Assembly (NCBI GenBank): GCA_030265395.1
Contig: JARFYF010000112.1
Span: 82,831,629 to 82,895,628 of the forward strand
From: Rhina ancylostomus
Taxonomy: Eukaryota
Length of the DNA stretch: 64,000 nucleotides
Direction of reading: 5' to 3'
Part shown: positions 52,675-64,000 of the stretch, in pieces
Layout: every line of letters begins with the position of its first letter
Position numbering within the stretch: the first letter of the stretch is position 1
The notes under the pieces: generated by a model
Told to the model about the DNA's origin: nothing
Database searches by the model: none
What the model saw: only the letters and a program-made list of their open reading frames with translations
Made by a program: the position numbers and the translations under genes

Positions 52675-53117
52675 GTTCCCAGGGATGCATACTGAGACCA
52701 ATATCAACTGCTGCTGGCAGATCCTCAACTCAGCAAAAGATGCACTTTGGTCTGGCTGAAACCTGTTAGTTCCAGCGTAAAGGAGCCGTCCGTAAGCGAA
52801 TGCTGCCAACTGGCCCATTCCAAGGTGCCGGAGTGCCGAGAAATACATTGAAGCTCAGTGCAGACAGCACATAGGTTCTGTGGGAAAAGACCACAGTCTA
52901 GAGTCCTGCTGCCACTGGCCACTGAGAGACTGGGTTCTGCGTAACAGCCTCTCAAACACCTCATGGGTATATGGCCTAAAAGAAACCAAGTGTGACATTG
53001 ATGCATTGTGAATAGAATGTATTGATTTGATGGCACAATGAATGTAAAGACATGTACTGATAGTGTTGTATTCCTTGTATATATTTTTTATGAATAAAGT
53101 ACACTTTTGAAAAATAA
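52675..53117 (+). mobile_element. 5'-truncated Tx1/L1-like LINE with 14-bp target-site duplication
   Basis: Translates VFPGMHTETNINCCWQILNSAKDALWSG*NLLV. AATAAA/A-rich tail. TSD atcagtacactggt at 52661-52674 and 53118-53131. Confidence 0.8.
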
Positions 53118-53729
53118 ATCAGTACACTGGTATTGTCCACACTGAGTGCTGCAAACCAGCACTTTGTGGACTACATGCTGAGAGACACTGCAGTGGTGCA
53201 GCCACTGGGGCAGAACCACAGTGCTCCTCCCACCCTGCATACAATGGAATTGGTGTTAAAACACCACAAACTATTTACTTAAAGGTTCTACAACAATGAT
53301 AATTGATCTCATGCTTATTAAGTAACTGAAATAATATGTGGTGAAAATGTCAATTTATTATACACATTTAATTTTTTGTTATGAATAACTTGTCTTTACA
53401 AACTCCACCTATTATGATAAAAACACACAATCACCACTTCATAGGAGTCATAAGGGAATTCAAAATATTCTCTCCAGGCTGTAGTTTTATCCAAACTGTC
53501 ACAAATCTTACTTTCCCCTGCCCATAATCTGGGATCTGCAGAATTTGAAGAACAGTGATCTTCACATGGTTGAATTTTCTTCCATTTTTAAGTGCAGGAA
53601 ATAATCTACTGGATTTATGTTGTTTGTTTCTGCTGTTTTGTTTCTTAATTATTCTTGGAGGTGGACTTTACTGAAAAAAAATGTTATTTACTGATCATCC
53701 CTTGCTGACAACGAAAGAAACAGCAGCAA

Positions 53730-54640
53730 AAAGCTGCATGGCCCCGTGACCCTGCTCTGCCATTCAACAAGATTGTGATTGGCCTCAGCTCCAATGTCCT
53801 TGCCTGTTCCCCATTATCTTCAGCTCCCTTATAGATCCAAAATCCATCTCGATATTCAGTAATTCAGCCTCCACAGCTCTCTGAGGTAGAAAATTCTAAA
53901 GATGAACCTTCTCATCGCCATCTTAAACAAATAATTCCTCATTGTGAAGTTCCAGATTCCCCCACGAAGGGAAACATCCTCTCAGTTCTCATCCTGTCAA
54001 GACCACTAAAGTCAAACAACATTATGATCACTCTTCCCAGAGGATCCTTCACCATCATTAATTCTGTCTCATTACACATGATCAGATCCCACTGCAAAGA
54101 AGGAAACAGCCTTATCAAAATGAATGCCATGCCTCTGGAACAGACTGAACCAAAGACTTCACAGTACAAGTTGTTGGAACCATTTCTGCTGTTGGGCAAA
54201 AAGTTATCTACCAATATCGACATTATATGAAAGGTGGTGGTCACACAGCTCAATTCTATATTATCTATCAGTCTATTTCTGAAGCATCGATTGGCTTACT
54301 ACCTGAAAGATCCAGATGAAGCCTCCGAGGACATACTCATATAGCATGCCAAGGCTCTGCTGGTTGTTGATCTTCATCATGCGAGGCCAAGAAATTTGGT
54401 GGAGCTGGTGTCCAGGCACGTTACCAGAAATCTTACCATAAATGTTTTATTTTGATGTGTGACAAAAATGGATAAGCATGACAGAGAAAAGAAATGTATT
54501 GTTGTAAGAAACAGTCCGTCTTGAATACACTCAGTGAACTTGTCTCCAAGGCTACCTTTGCCAATTCGGCTTCTCCAATTTATAAGAAGAATGTCACATT
54601 GCAACCACACCTCTGTAATGGCTAACCTATCATACTGATG
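53730..54640 (-). mobile_element. Old CR1 LINE fragments
   Basis: CR1 3'UTR-like ctgctctgccattcaacaagatt. Minus ORFs [18 protein letters not shown] and KFTECIQDGLFL. Confidence 0.65.
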
Positions 54641-56999
54641 TATTTATATTTGTAGCATTAACTTATCTGTCTTGATACACATGCTGTGTGCATGCAAACA
54701 TAAAATTTATCTTTTTACCATTTTTCTCCTACCCTTTTTACACTTCCACATTTCTTGCCTTGGTGTCACACACATGATCACTCTTCATTTTACTATCACT
54801 TTGTCCTTTCCATTTAACATTCTAGATTTTCGCTCACCATGAACCTTCCCCTTTCTGACTATTTAGAAGTCCTAACTACAGCCCTAGTTATTCTACTTAC
54901 CAGGACACCTGTTCTAGGCTGACTCAAGTGAAGCCCAACTCAATGGAACAGCTCCCTCTTTCCTCAAAACTGGTACCATTACCTCAAAAATCAAACCGCA
55001 ATTATACCATTCTTTTTTTTAAAACTTTTTTTTAAAACTATCTGGGCTTCACTGGCAAGCCCATCCTTAATCATCTTTGTACTTAATGGTTTGCCTAATC
55101 ATATGAGGGCATTTAACAGTCAATCACATTGGTGGGACTGGAGTCATATGCAGGTCATACCAGGCAAGAATGGTAGATTTCTTCTCTCGAAGGACATTAG
55201 CGAATTCCCAACAATCCAGTAATTTTTGTGTCATTAGTGCCAATGACTAGTACCTTTTTAAACTCCAGATTATTCACTGAATTTAAATTCCACAGCTAAC
55301 ATAATCAGATTTCAACTTTGGTCTCCGTATTGTTAGCTGAGGCTCAGTAATTTTACCACTGCACCACCATGCACATGTGAAGGGTCTGATGGGCTTATTC
55401 CTGAACTGCTTTTGCAGTAGTGTTGTTCCCACAATCACATTACTTAGCAACCTTCAGGATCTTGATTAAAATGAAATCCATGTCTGGGCCAAGTTTGGCT
55501 TGAAGGCCACATTTTTATAGCTATTACATGGCCTTTCTTGCCAGTAACTGTCATAGAACTGGGAAATATCACTCACTAAACTGAACAAATTCATACAGTG
55601 AATCCCATAGATAGTGCACAGTAAAAGAGAGTGGGAGTGTAAAATTTAATGGCAGAGACATCAGTCAAAAGGATTGCTCTGCCCTGAATGGTGGAGAGAC
55701 ATGGAGATTCCAGTTTTGAGGTGCCTAATACTTCAAGGTATTTGACAGCATCATTTCAGAGGTGTGAAATATGCAGCTTTCCCTTTTCAAGATCTGGATA
55801 TTGCTGACAGTTCTAACCTTAGAGTCCAGAGTTCCTTTTTCCTCAATGTGAAACAAATCATCTGACTTTGTTATTTTGTTATATGTAAGAGCAGGGGGAT
55901 TTGATGAGAAAGATATTGGCTTACAGAATTCATGTCGGATGGTTATTTTAAGATTAAAGCTGACAACCATCTGCTCAAGATTGAAGCAGCACCGGGTTTC
56001 GCTACAGTGAACGGCTGACACGCAAGGGAACTATAAGTTACATGAATACACATATCAATAAATGCAGAGAAATGCTTGCTGGATTTGTACAGTGACATAA
56101 TTTGCAACTGCCAGCAGAAAACATTTGAATCAATTCTGATTGATTTCCTTTTCACCTGCTCCCACTGCCACTGGATTACCCAGCAAAAATCTCTGATCTT
56201 ACCAAGGTCAGGATCCTAGAGCCAACACCAAATTCATTCTGCTGCTTTGGTACTCTGATCCATCATCAATCCCAATTTATTTCAGATTGCATCTGTACGT
56301 CTTTGGAGAGACTGAGTTATACAGGACGGAAATGGGCCCTTCAGATCAACTTGTCCATGCCGATCAAACTGCCTAACCCTGTTTGCCTGCATTTGGCCCA
56401 TATCCCTCTAAGCCTTTCCAACCCGTGTACGTACCTGTTCAGTGTACACTGGAATATATCAACGCAAGTTGACTGCATGAATTAAAGAGCTGCAACACTA
56501 TCACTCGGTGTGTTTCAAATCTAGTTAAAGACACTTCAAAAGAACTGAATCCATGTCAGAAATTCTTAACCTAATGCAGTGTTATGTTGGATTCCAACTC
56601 TCCGCTCTCTTACGATGAACAAGGCATTCATCATGTTGTGATTGGCCTCAGCTCCAATGTGCTTGCCTGCTCCCCATAATCTTCAACTCCCGTATAGACC
56701 CAAAATCCATCTCCATATTCAATAATTCATGTGTGCTTGCAGCTGCGATGCACCAGAAAATATAGTCTAAAGAAAAGGTCAGGTGATATACAATTCCAGG
56801 CTACTCCTTAATGTCACCCAGATCATATTAGGTAGGAGGAGCTACAGATTGGGTGCATCTTCCCAGAGTTTGGCTCTTTGGCTCTCAGTTCGAGTGAACA
56901 GGATCGTTGTACTCTGAGAATAAGAATTCTTGCCTACTACGAGAAGACCATGATTACTGTCATCAGATTTGGGAAGTTTCCTTATTCATTCTTGGCTTA

Positions 57000-57390
57000 T
57001 AGTATCATTGGTAAGGCCAACATTTATTGCCCACTCCTGGCTGCTCTCTCAGTGATGGAGGTGAACAGCTACCTTCTTGAACGGCCAGAGTGCCTGAAGC
57101 TGCACCTAGCAACAAAGAACCACTGTGATAAAGATCGAGGTCAGGACAGTCTGCAACCTATAGGCAATGGTGTCCGTAAGCATCTGCTCAGTGGTGGAGG
57201 TCACAACTATGGGGAGACATTGCCAAGGATGCCCAAGAGCTAGCTGCAGTGAATGCTGTAAATAAACCTCACAGCAGCCAGAATAACACAGGTGGTCAGG
57301 TGCTGAGCAGTGGGCTCCCTTGTTCTATTGGTGTCCAACACTGTGTGTTGATGGATGCATCAGGCAAATATATATTCTAATATATTCCTA
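57000..57390 (-). mobile_element. Old CR1-like LINE 3' end
   Basis: ttggtaaggccaacatttattgcccactcc...ggtgaacagctaccttcttgaac, same family end as 28350. Confidence 0.55.
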
Positions 57391-59066
57391 ATGTGACCAC
57401 AGAGAGGTATAAGGGAGGAAGGATTGGTTTAGTGGTTTTGCAAGACCATGAGATGGAGGAAATGAATGATTAAAACAGTCACGTTTAGATGGAATCTTAC
57501 ACAGTCCCATATAAATGCAACTGTCCCAAACAGCTCCATGACCAGAGGTATTTTTGATGTGTTGACACAGTTGTAATGTAGGAAACACAACAGGCAATTT
57601 CTGCACAGCAAGCTCTGACAAACAGCAGCATGATAACGACCCTCTATGTGCCTTTAGATGAAAGTCATCAAAGCACTTGACCTAATGAAGGGAAGCAATG
57701 TGGAAAATGGGTAACAATAGAGGGAGGGAGCTGGATCTGGATAAAAATAGGTATGGGGAGAAGGGGAGNNNNNNNNNNNNNNNNNNNNNNNNNNNNNNNN
57801 NNNNNNNNNNNNNNNNNNNNNNCCCGGTAATGAAGGGGACAGGCAGCTGGATTAAGCTCACTGGTGCACTGAGATGGAGGAGGGTGGTGGTGGCTTGGCA
57901 ACATGGAAAAGAAATACCTGCTTAACTCTCACTAAAGGAGAAAAACACCCAGCTGGATGTGCTTGGGAGAGGGTAAAAGGGAGGATGGTTGGTGAAAGTG
58001 AGAAGAGCAAGACAAACTGGAGGAGCTCTAAAGGATATACAGTCAGAATAGGTCATGTCCCTGACCTAGAACGGAAGGGTAGAGTGTCTTATGAACTGGA
58101 CAACTAAAGCACTGGACTTGAGAACCAGCTCTTCAGCTATTTAGCTATGAAAGCATTGCCCCACATTTTTCGAAACTCCAGAGAGTACCAACCTAGTCTA
58201 CACTATCTCTCCTCATCTGAGGATTCATCATGCCAGGAATCAAACTGGAGTAGCTTCACTGCAGTCTCTATCTCTCTCTATCAAATATGCCCTTTCTTAG
58301 GTAGGGAGACCAGCCCTGTTAACAATATTCCAGCTGTGATCTCACTAAGGCTCTATATAATTGGAGCAAAAAGCCTCTCCTTTTATACCTAAACCCTCAT
58401 GCAATAAAGCATGAAGGTTCACAAGACCATCAGCTTTAACCTTCAACATTTAGACTGCATGTCTTTTTTATCCTTCAAGCAAAAACTGTTGTGTAAAATT
58501 TGCTTGGCAAGTTCCAAACTACATGTTTTCACATACAAGGCTATCCTGGCATCGTCAGCTTTTCAGGGACTGCGTCAGCTTTTTGATTGCATTGGTCAGT
58601 TTCATTAGTTTTCAAGGTCAGCATATACGTATAATGCACCGACAGACAATGCACATGCAAATCTTATTGTTAGACCATTTGTTCACAGTTGGGTTAAACT
58701 CTGCAGACAGCTATTGCTGAAGCAGCTTTTGCCAACTTTATCTAGAATTAACTGTCAGAATTTCTGACCTTGCTTTTCTCAAGATGAGTTGAAGGATATT
58801 GTCTTTTATAAAAATAGGGATAATATGCCATGTACCTGCAATGTAAATGCAGGTTGTCCACTAATTTACAGAGGGTAAGTATGTCTAATCTTGTTTTTTC
58901 CTAAAACTGTGACTTGAAAACTTTTACAGATAGTGAATTTGATATGGCTTTTCTGAAAATTCACTTATCAAACATTATTTGTTGACCTGCTGTGGCCTTG
59001 AAACAGTCAAGACCAAGTAGGTAGTCCAAAGATGGAGCTAGAGTTTGTGGGTTGGAAATGGGAGTA

Positions 59067-60055
59067 GGTTTATTATTCTCACAATGTACAGGGGTACAGT
59101 GAAAAACCTGTCTTGCATACTGTTCATACAGATCAATTCATTACACAGTGCATCGAGGTAGTACAAAGTAAAACAATAACAGAATGCAAAATAGACAGCT
59201 ACAGAGAAAGTGCAGTGCAGGTAGACAATAAACTGCAAGGTCATAACGNNNNNNNNNNNNNNNNNNNNNNNNNNNNNNNNNNNNNNNNNNNNNNNNNNNN
59301 NNNNNNNNNNNNNNNNNNNNNNNNNNNNNNNNNNNNNNNNNNNNNNNNNNNNNNNNNNNNNNNNNNNNNNNNNNNNNNNNNNNNNNNNNNNNNNNNNNNN
59401 NNNNNNNNNNNNNNNNNNNNNNNNNNNNNNNNNNNNNNNNNNNNNNNNNNNNNNNNNNNNNNNNNNNNNNNNNNNNNNNNNNNNNNNNNNNNNNNNNNNN
59501 NNNNNNNNNNNNNNNNNNNNNNNNNNNNNNNNNNNNNNNNNNNNNNNNNNNNNNNNNNNNNNNNNNNNNNNNNNNNNNNNNNNNNNNNNNNNNNNNNNNN
59601 NNNNNNNNNNNNNNNNNNNNNNNNNNNNNNNNNNNNNNNNNNNNNNNNNNNNNNNNNNNNNNNNNNNNNNNNNNNNNNNNNNNNNNNNNNNNNNNNNNNN
59701 NNNNNNNNNNNNNNNNNNNNNNNNNNNNNNNNNNNNNNNNNNNNNNNNNNNNNNNNNNNNNNNNNNNNNNNNNNNNNNNNNNNNNNNNNNNNNNNNNNNN
59801 NNNNNNNNNNNNNNNNNNNNNNNNNNNNNNNNNNNNNNNNNNNNNNNNNNNNNNNNNNNNNNNNNNNNNNNNNNNNNNNNNNNNNNNNNNNNNNNNNNNN
59901 NNNNNNNNNNNNNNNNTCATCTGCAAACTTGTAGATGGAGTTAGAGCAGAATCTGGCCACACAGTCATGAGTGTATAGGGAGTAGAGTAGGGGACTGAGG
60001 ATGCAGCCTCGTGGGGCACCAGTGTTGAGAATAATCATGGTGGAGATGTTGCTGG
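59067..60055 (-). mobile_element. Rex1/Babar-clade LINE, RT fragment and 3' end, gap inside
   Basis: Minus ORF IILNTGAPRGCILSPLLYSLYTHDCVARFCSNSIYKFAD matches Rex/Babar RT (TGAPQGCVLSPLLYSLYT.DC...KFADD). The tail ends aataataaacc. Confidence 0.88.
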
Positions 60056-61399
60056 GAATAATTAGGCCAAGCATATATATTTATTTTGGTGCACATTTTG
60101 AAATTACATTCTGCCTTTATAAATACTATGCATTGATTTTGATTTATTTCTAGTCCAAATAGAAAAAAGTTGGTAAGGAGAGCTGGTTACATGGTATGAG
60201 CGGATGCATTATAGGTTGGTGCATTCCTGCCATCTCTGGCAAGAGGATGCAATTGCAATACGACGATATCTACCAGAAATGTGCACGCAGAAATCTCACG
60301 GTGACAGGTGCAGCAAAAAGCAGAAATGCCTTCAAGCAAAGCCACAAAGGAAAGATGGATACAAGGCTCCAGCGAAGAGCCGAAATGAGGAGGGGCAGGA
60401 GAAAGCTCGTGAGACATAAGCTTGGCTGCAAAGTTCAGCCCAGCTGCAGGGAATGTAAAGGTTGGTGCTACACCAGATATTTTCTTTCTTACATTGCTTA
60501 TGATATGTTGATCTGTGGAGTTATGAAATACAAGGATAGAAGAAAGCTTACCAGCAACCAGCACCACAAATTCATCCATTGAATGGAATGCATTACAACT
60601 GCAATCTCCAGAGGATAAAAAGAAAACATAGAACATTTCCTGTGTTTGGAACTACAAAGTATAAAAAGGCATTCTCATACAAATATTGTATATGTTGATA
60701 TAGTAACACAGAGATTGTTTTGACAATGACTCAAGGCACAAGTAAATGAAGGCATTCCGAAATGAAGGCATTTAACATGTGCTTACTCCTTAAACATTCA
60801 AAGAAGCAACTTCTCCTGCCCTCCTCAATTCATGTTGAGGTTCTTCTGTACCCCAGTGGATCAGTTCTCTGTGAGGTGCTTAACCAGAAGGAAGATCTCC
60901 CCAATAAACTCAGAAGAATCAAGAAATTCTGATCTAGCAGGGAAGCAAGAATGGCCTGCAGATTTAGGGCAGAGGGGCTACACAAGTTAGTGGAGGTTTA
61001 TTTCGAAATGATCCAGATGAGATTTTGAAACTTGTAGAAGAAAAAGGTTATGTTTAGGAAACTTAGAACATAATGATTCTTAATCCTTAAGCAAAATATC
61101 CAATACATCACACTGTCCATTCAAGACCTAAAGGAATGAGAGCATGCACATTATACTGGCCATAAACAGGGTTTGAAATTCAGGTTTTAACTGATAAAAA
61201 AAAAATAAAATATTCCAAAAGACCAATAATGTTTGAAAAAGAGCTATTTTCATCCTAGTACACTCCAAGCAGACAAAAAATATAGACGATACAAAATTCA
61301 CACTTTCATTCATTTTGCTTTAAGAAAGACACAGTGACTTTCAAAATGCTTGCACACACTGAGGACGCCCATCTGTTTGTGGGATGTGCTGGTCAGTGA

Positions 61400-62200
61400 C
61401 AATGGCGATTGCAGACATACAAATTTTAATATTACTACATAGGCTGATATTGCAAAAGACAAAAAGGCCACATCAAAACTAACTCATAAATGAGGACATG
61501 AAGGCAGAGGATATTGCTATTGAAGTTCTAAAAACTCAGCGGAGAAGAGCTTCAGTCACAAAACCACAATCTTGGCCACCTTTAAGAAATGACACAAGTC
61601 TAACTGTGGCGGCAAGGGATCTCCCGGCTCTGTCTGCCATTGGAAGAGTCATCACTCGGGTCTTCCTCAACTGCCTCCAGCAGGAGCAGCACCACTACAC
61701 GTGGCCTTCAATGACCAGACAGGTATGTGAAATAATCTCCTCAAACTCAATAGTCTACAGAAATTTGTCTCCACATCCTGCAATCCATGATCCTAACCAA
61801 AGGGTCTACAACAAAGCCAATCACAGTGAATACCAGTGTCAAAGGAGGCTGCATTATTGTCCCAACATTTATTTCCAGTCTCTGTTGCACCCCAATCTCC
61901 ACAATGTTGCACCTCATCTCCAACAAATTTCCAGCAGGAGTTGAGCTAATCTTTTGAACTAAATGGAAATTGTTCGGCTACACTTGAGAACCAAGGTCGC
62001 CCCCAACCTTAGTTATCAAATTACAGTATGCATACAATGCTTGTATCCATCATCCATTCATTCACTGAAGCATACAAGATGACCTGCCTTATGCTGAACA
62101 TCCACAAGAGGGAGGTGCTCTACCAACTTGCCTCAGGTGGACAACCGTGCCCTCTGACATTGAAGACCCACAGCAAGACCCCGGAAATATGGACCAATTC
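61400..62200 (+). mobile_element. Decayed RTE-clade LINE fragment
   Basis: AEDIAIEVLK...LSAIGRVITRVFLNCL and downstream tttccagcaggagttgagcta...ggaaattgttc. Same family as 18870-21010. Confidence 0.65.
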
Positions 62201-62221
62201 TCTTATTTTTTTTATCTTATA

Positions 62222-64000
62222 TTATGGTGGTTATGGGGGGACTTCAATATGCAGGTAGACTGGGAAAAATCAAGTTGGCACTGGATCTTGAGGAGGAGAA
62301 GGAACTTGTAGAATGCCTACCAGATGACTTTTTAAAGAGCAGCTTATCGTTGAACCCACTAGGGAAAAGGCAATTCTGTATTTGGCATTGGGCAATGAAC
62401 CCAATTTAATTAGGGAGCTTAAGATAAAGGAACCCTTAGGAGGCAGTGATCATAATATGATAGAATTCACCCTGCAGTTTGAGAGAAGCTAAAAAAAAAA
62501 TCAGCTGTATCGATATTACAGTTGAGTAAAATGTANNNNNNNNNNNNNNNNNNNNNNNNNNNNNNNNNNNNNNNNNNNNNNNNNNNNNNNNNNNNNNNNN
62601 NNNNNNNNNNNNNNNNNNNNNNNNNNNNNNNNNNNTAGTGGTCGAGCCGACGAGGGAAAAGGCAATTCTGGATTTGGTGTTGTGCAAAGAACCAGATTTG
62701 ATTAGGGAGCTTAAGGTAAAGGAGGCAGTGATCATAATATGACAGAATTCACCCTGCAATTTGAGAGGGAGAAGCTAAAAATCGGTATTACAGTTGAGTA
62801 AAGGTGACTACAGAGGCATGAGAGAGGAGCTGGCCAAAGTTGATTGGAAGGGGACCCCAGCAGGGATGACGGTAGAGCAGCAATGGCAGGGGTTTCTGAG
62901 AGTAATTCGGAAGGCGCAGGATCAGTTTATCCCAAAGCAGCAGCAGCATTCTAAAGGGAGGATGAGGCAAACGAGGCTGACGAGGGAAGTCAAAGACATT
63001 ATAAAAGCAAGAGAGAGGGTATACAATATTGTAAAAATTAGTGGGAAGCTAGAGGATTAGGAAGCTTTTAAAAACCAATAGAAGGCATCTAAAAAAGCAG
63101 TAAGGGTAGAAAAGATGAAATATGAAGGCAAGCTAGCCAATAATATAAAAGGGAGGATACCAAAAGTATTTTCCAATACATAAAGTGTAAAAGAGAGGCA
63201 AGATTGGACATTGAACTCCTGGAAAATGATATTGGAGAAGTAGTAATGGGGAATAAAGAAACGGTGGACAAAATGAATAAGCATTTTGCGTCATTCTTCA
63301 CTGTGAAAGACACCAGCATCATGCCAAAAAGTCGTGAGAGTCAGGGGGCAGGGTGAGTGTCTTCATTATTACTAAGGAGAAGATGCTTGGGAAACTGAAA
63401 GGTCTGAAGGTGGATAAGTAACCTGGACCGGACAGACTACACCCCTGAAAGGGGTAGCTGAAGGAGGCATTAGTAGCGATCTTTCAAAAATCACTAGATC
63501 AGGAATGGTTCCGGAGGACTGGAAAAAAATTGGTAATATCACGCCACTCTTCAAGAAGGGAGGCAAAAGACAGGAAATTATAGGCCAGTTAGCTGGACTT
63601 CAGTGGTTGGTAAGATGTCAGCATCCATTAAGGATGGGGTTTGGCATACTTGGAAGCTCATGATAAAATAAGACGAAGTCAGCATGGTTTCCTTAAAGGG
63701 AGGTCTTGCCTGACCAATCTGTTGATAGCAAGGAAGTCAAATGCAATGTTAGCATTCATTCCAAGAGGACCAGAATACAAAAGCAAGGAGGTAAAGCGGA
63801 GGCTTTGTAAGGCATTGGTCAGACCACATTTGTGGTATTGCGAGCAGTTTTGGGCCCCATATCCAAAGAAGGATGTTCTGGCATTGGAGAGGATCCAGAG
63901 GTGGTTCATGAGAATGATCCTGGGAATGAAAGGGTTAATATATGAACGTTTGATGCCTCTCAGCCTGTATTTGCTGGAGTTTAGAAGGATGAGGTGGGAT
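62222..64000 (+). mobile_element. CR1 LINE ORF2 (endonuclease to RT), with an internal tandem duplication and a large internal deletion near 63725
   Basis: VVMGG, PTREKAILDLVL, SDHNMIEF, KGDYRGMREELAKVDW, NYRPVS, QHGFLKGRSCLTNL, then a jump to the C-terminal NAMLAFI region. Confidence 0.92.

Noticed and set aside
60187-60636. Overlapping 128-149 aa ORFs on both strands and a possible 47-nt minus-strand exon (60552-60598, GCTG|gtaagc)
   Set aside because: No recognisable protein similarity. It does not encode the expected upstream TMEM164 exon (LPFE.E.Y.IQH-like) and would shift the frame. There is no support beyond chance splice signals.

Overview
This window is AT-rich vertebrate genomic DNA from a gapped draft assembly. 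The CR1/HER-type LINEs, V-SINEs, DeuSINE/SacSINE-like SINEs and Penelope-like repeats point to a cartilaginous fish, probably a ray or shark (inference). Two genes converge tail-to-tail. On the + strand are the last four coding exons of AMMECR1 (1617-1731, 9440-9530, 9776-9872, 22683-22797), followed by a ~4.4 kb putative 3'UTR. On the - strand are the last two coding exons of TMEM164 (52509-52409, 38795-38589), followed by a ~4.2 kb putative 3'UTR. The rest is intron and intergenic DNA dense in decayed transposable elements, and most entries in the supplied ORF track are TE debris, N-runs or chance ORFs. I found no prokaryote-type system (no operon, CRISPR or rRNA) and no novel intact protein-coding gene. 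The most interesting signals are: a long, near-perfect RNA hairpin ~110 nt after the AMMECR1 stop codon; minimal hammerhead-ribozyme relics in Penelope-derived repeats between the two 3' ends; an RTE LINE with a twin-priming-like 5' inversion; a GC-AG intron with a competing GT donor; a Tx1-like element with a 14-bp TSD beside an older copy of itself; and V-SINEs with an apparent Rex/Babar-type tail. TE family assignments and boundaries come from recognising sequence by eye and are approximate.
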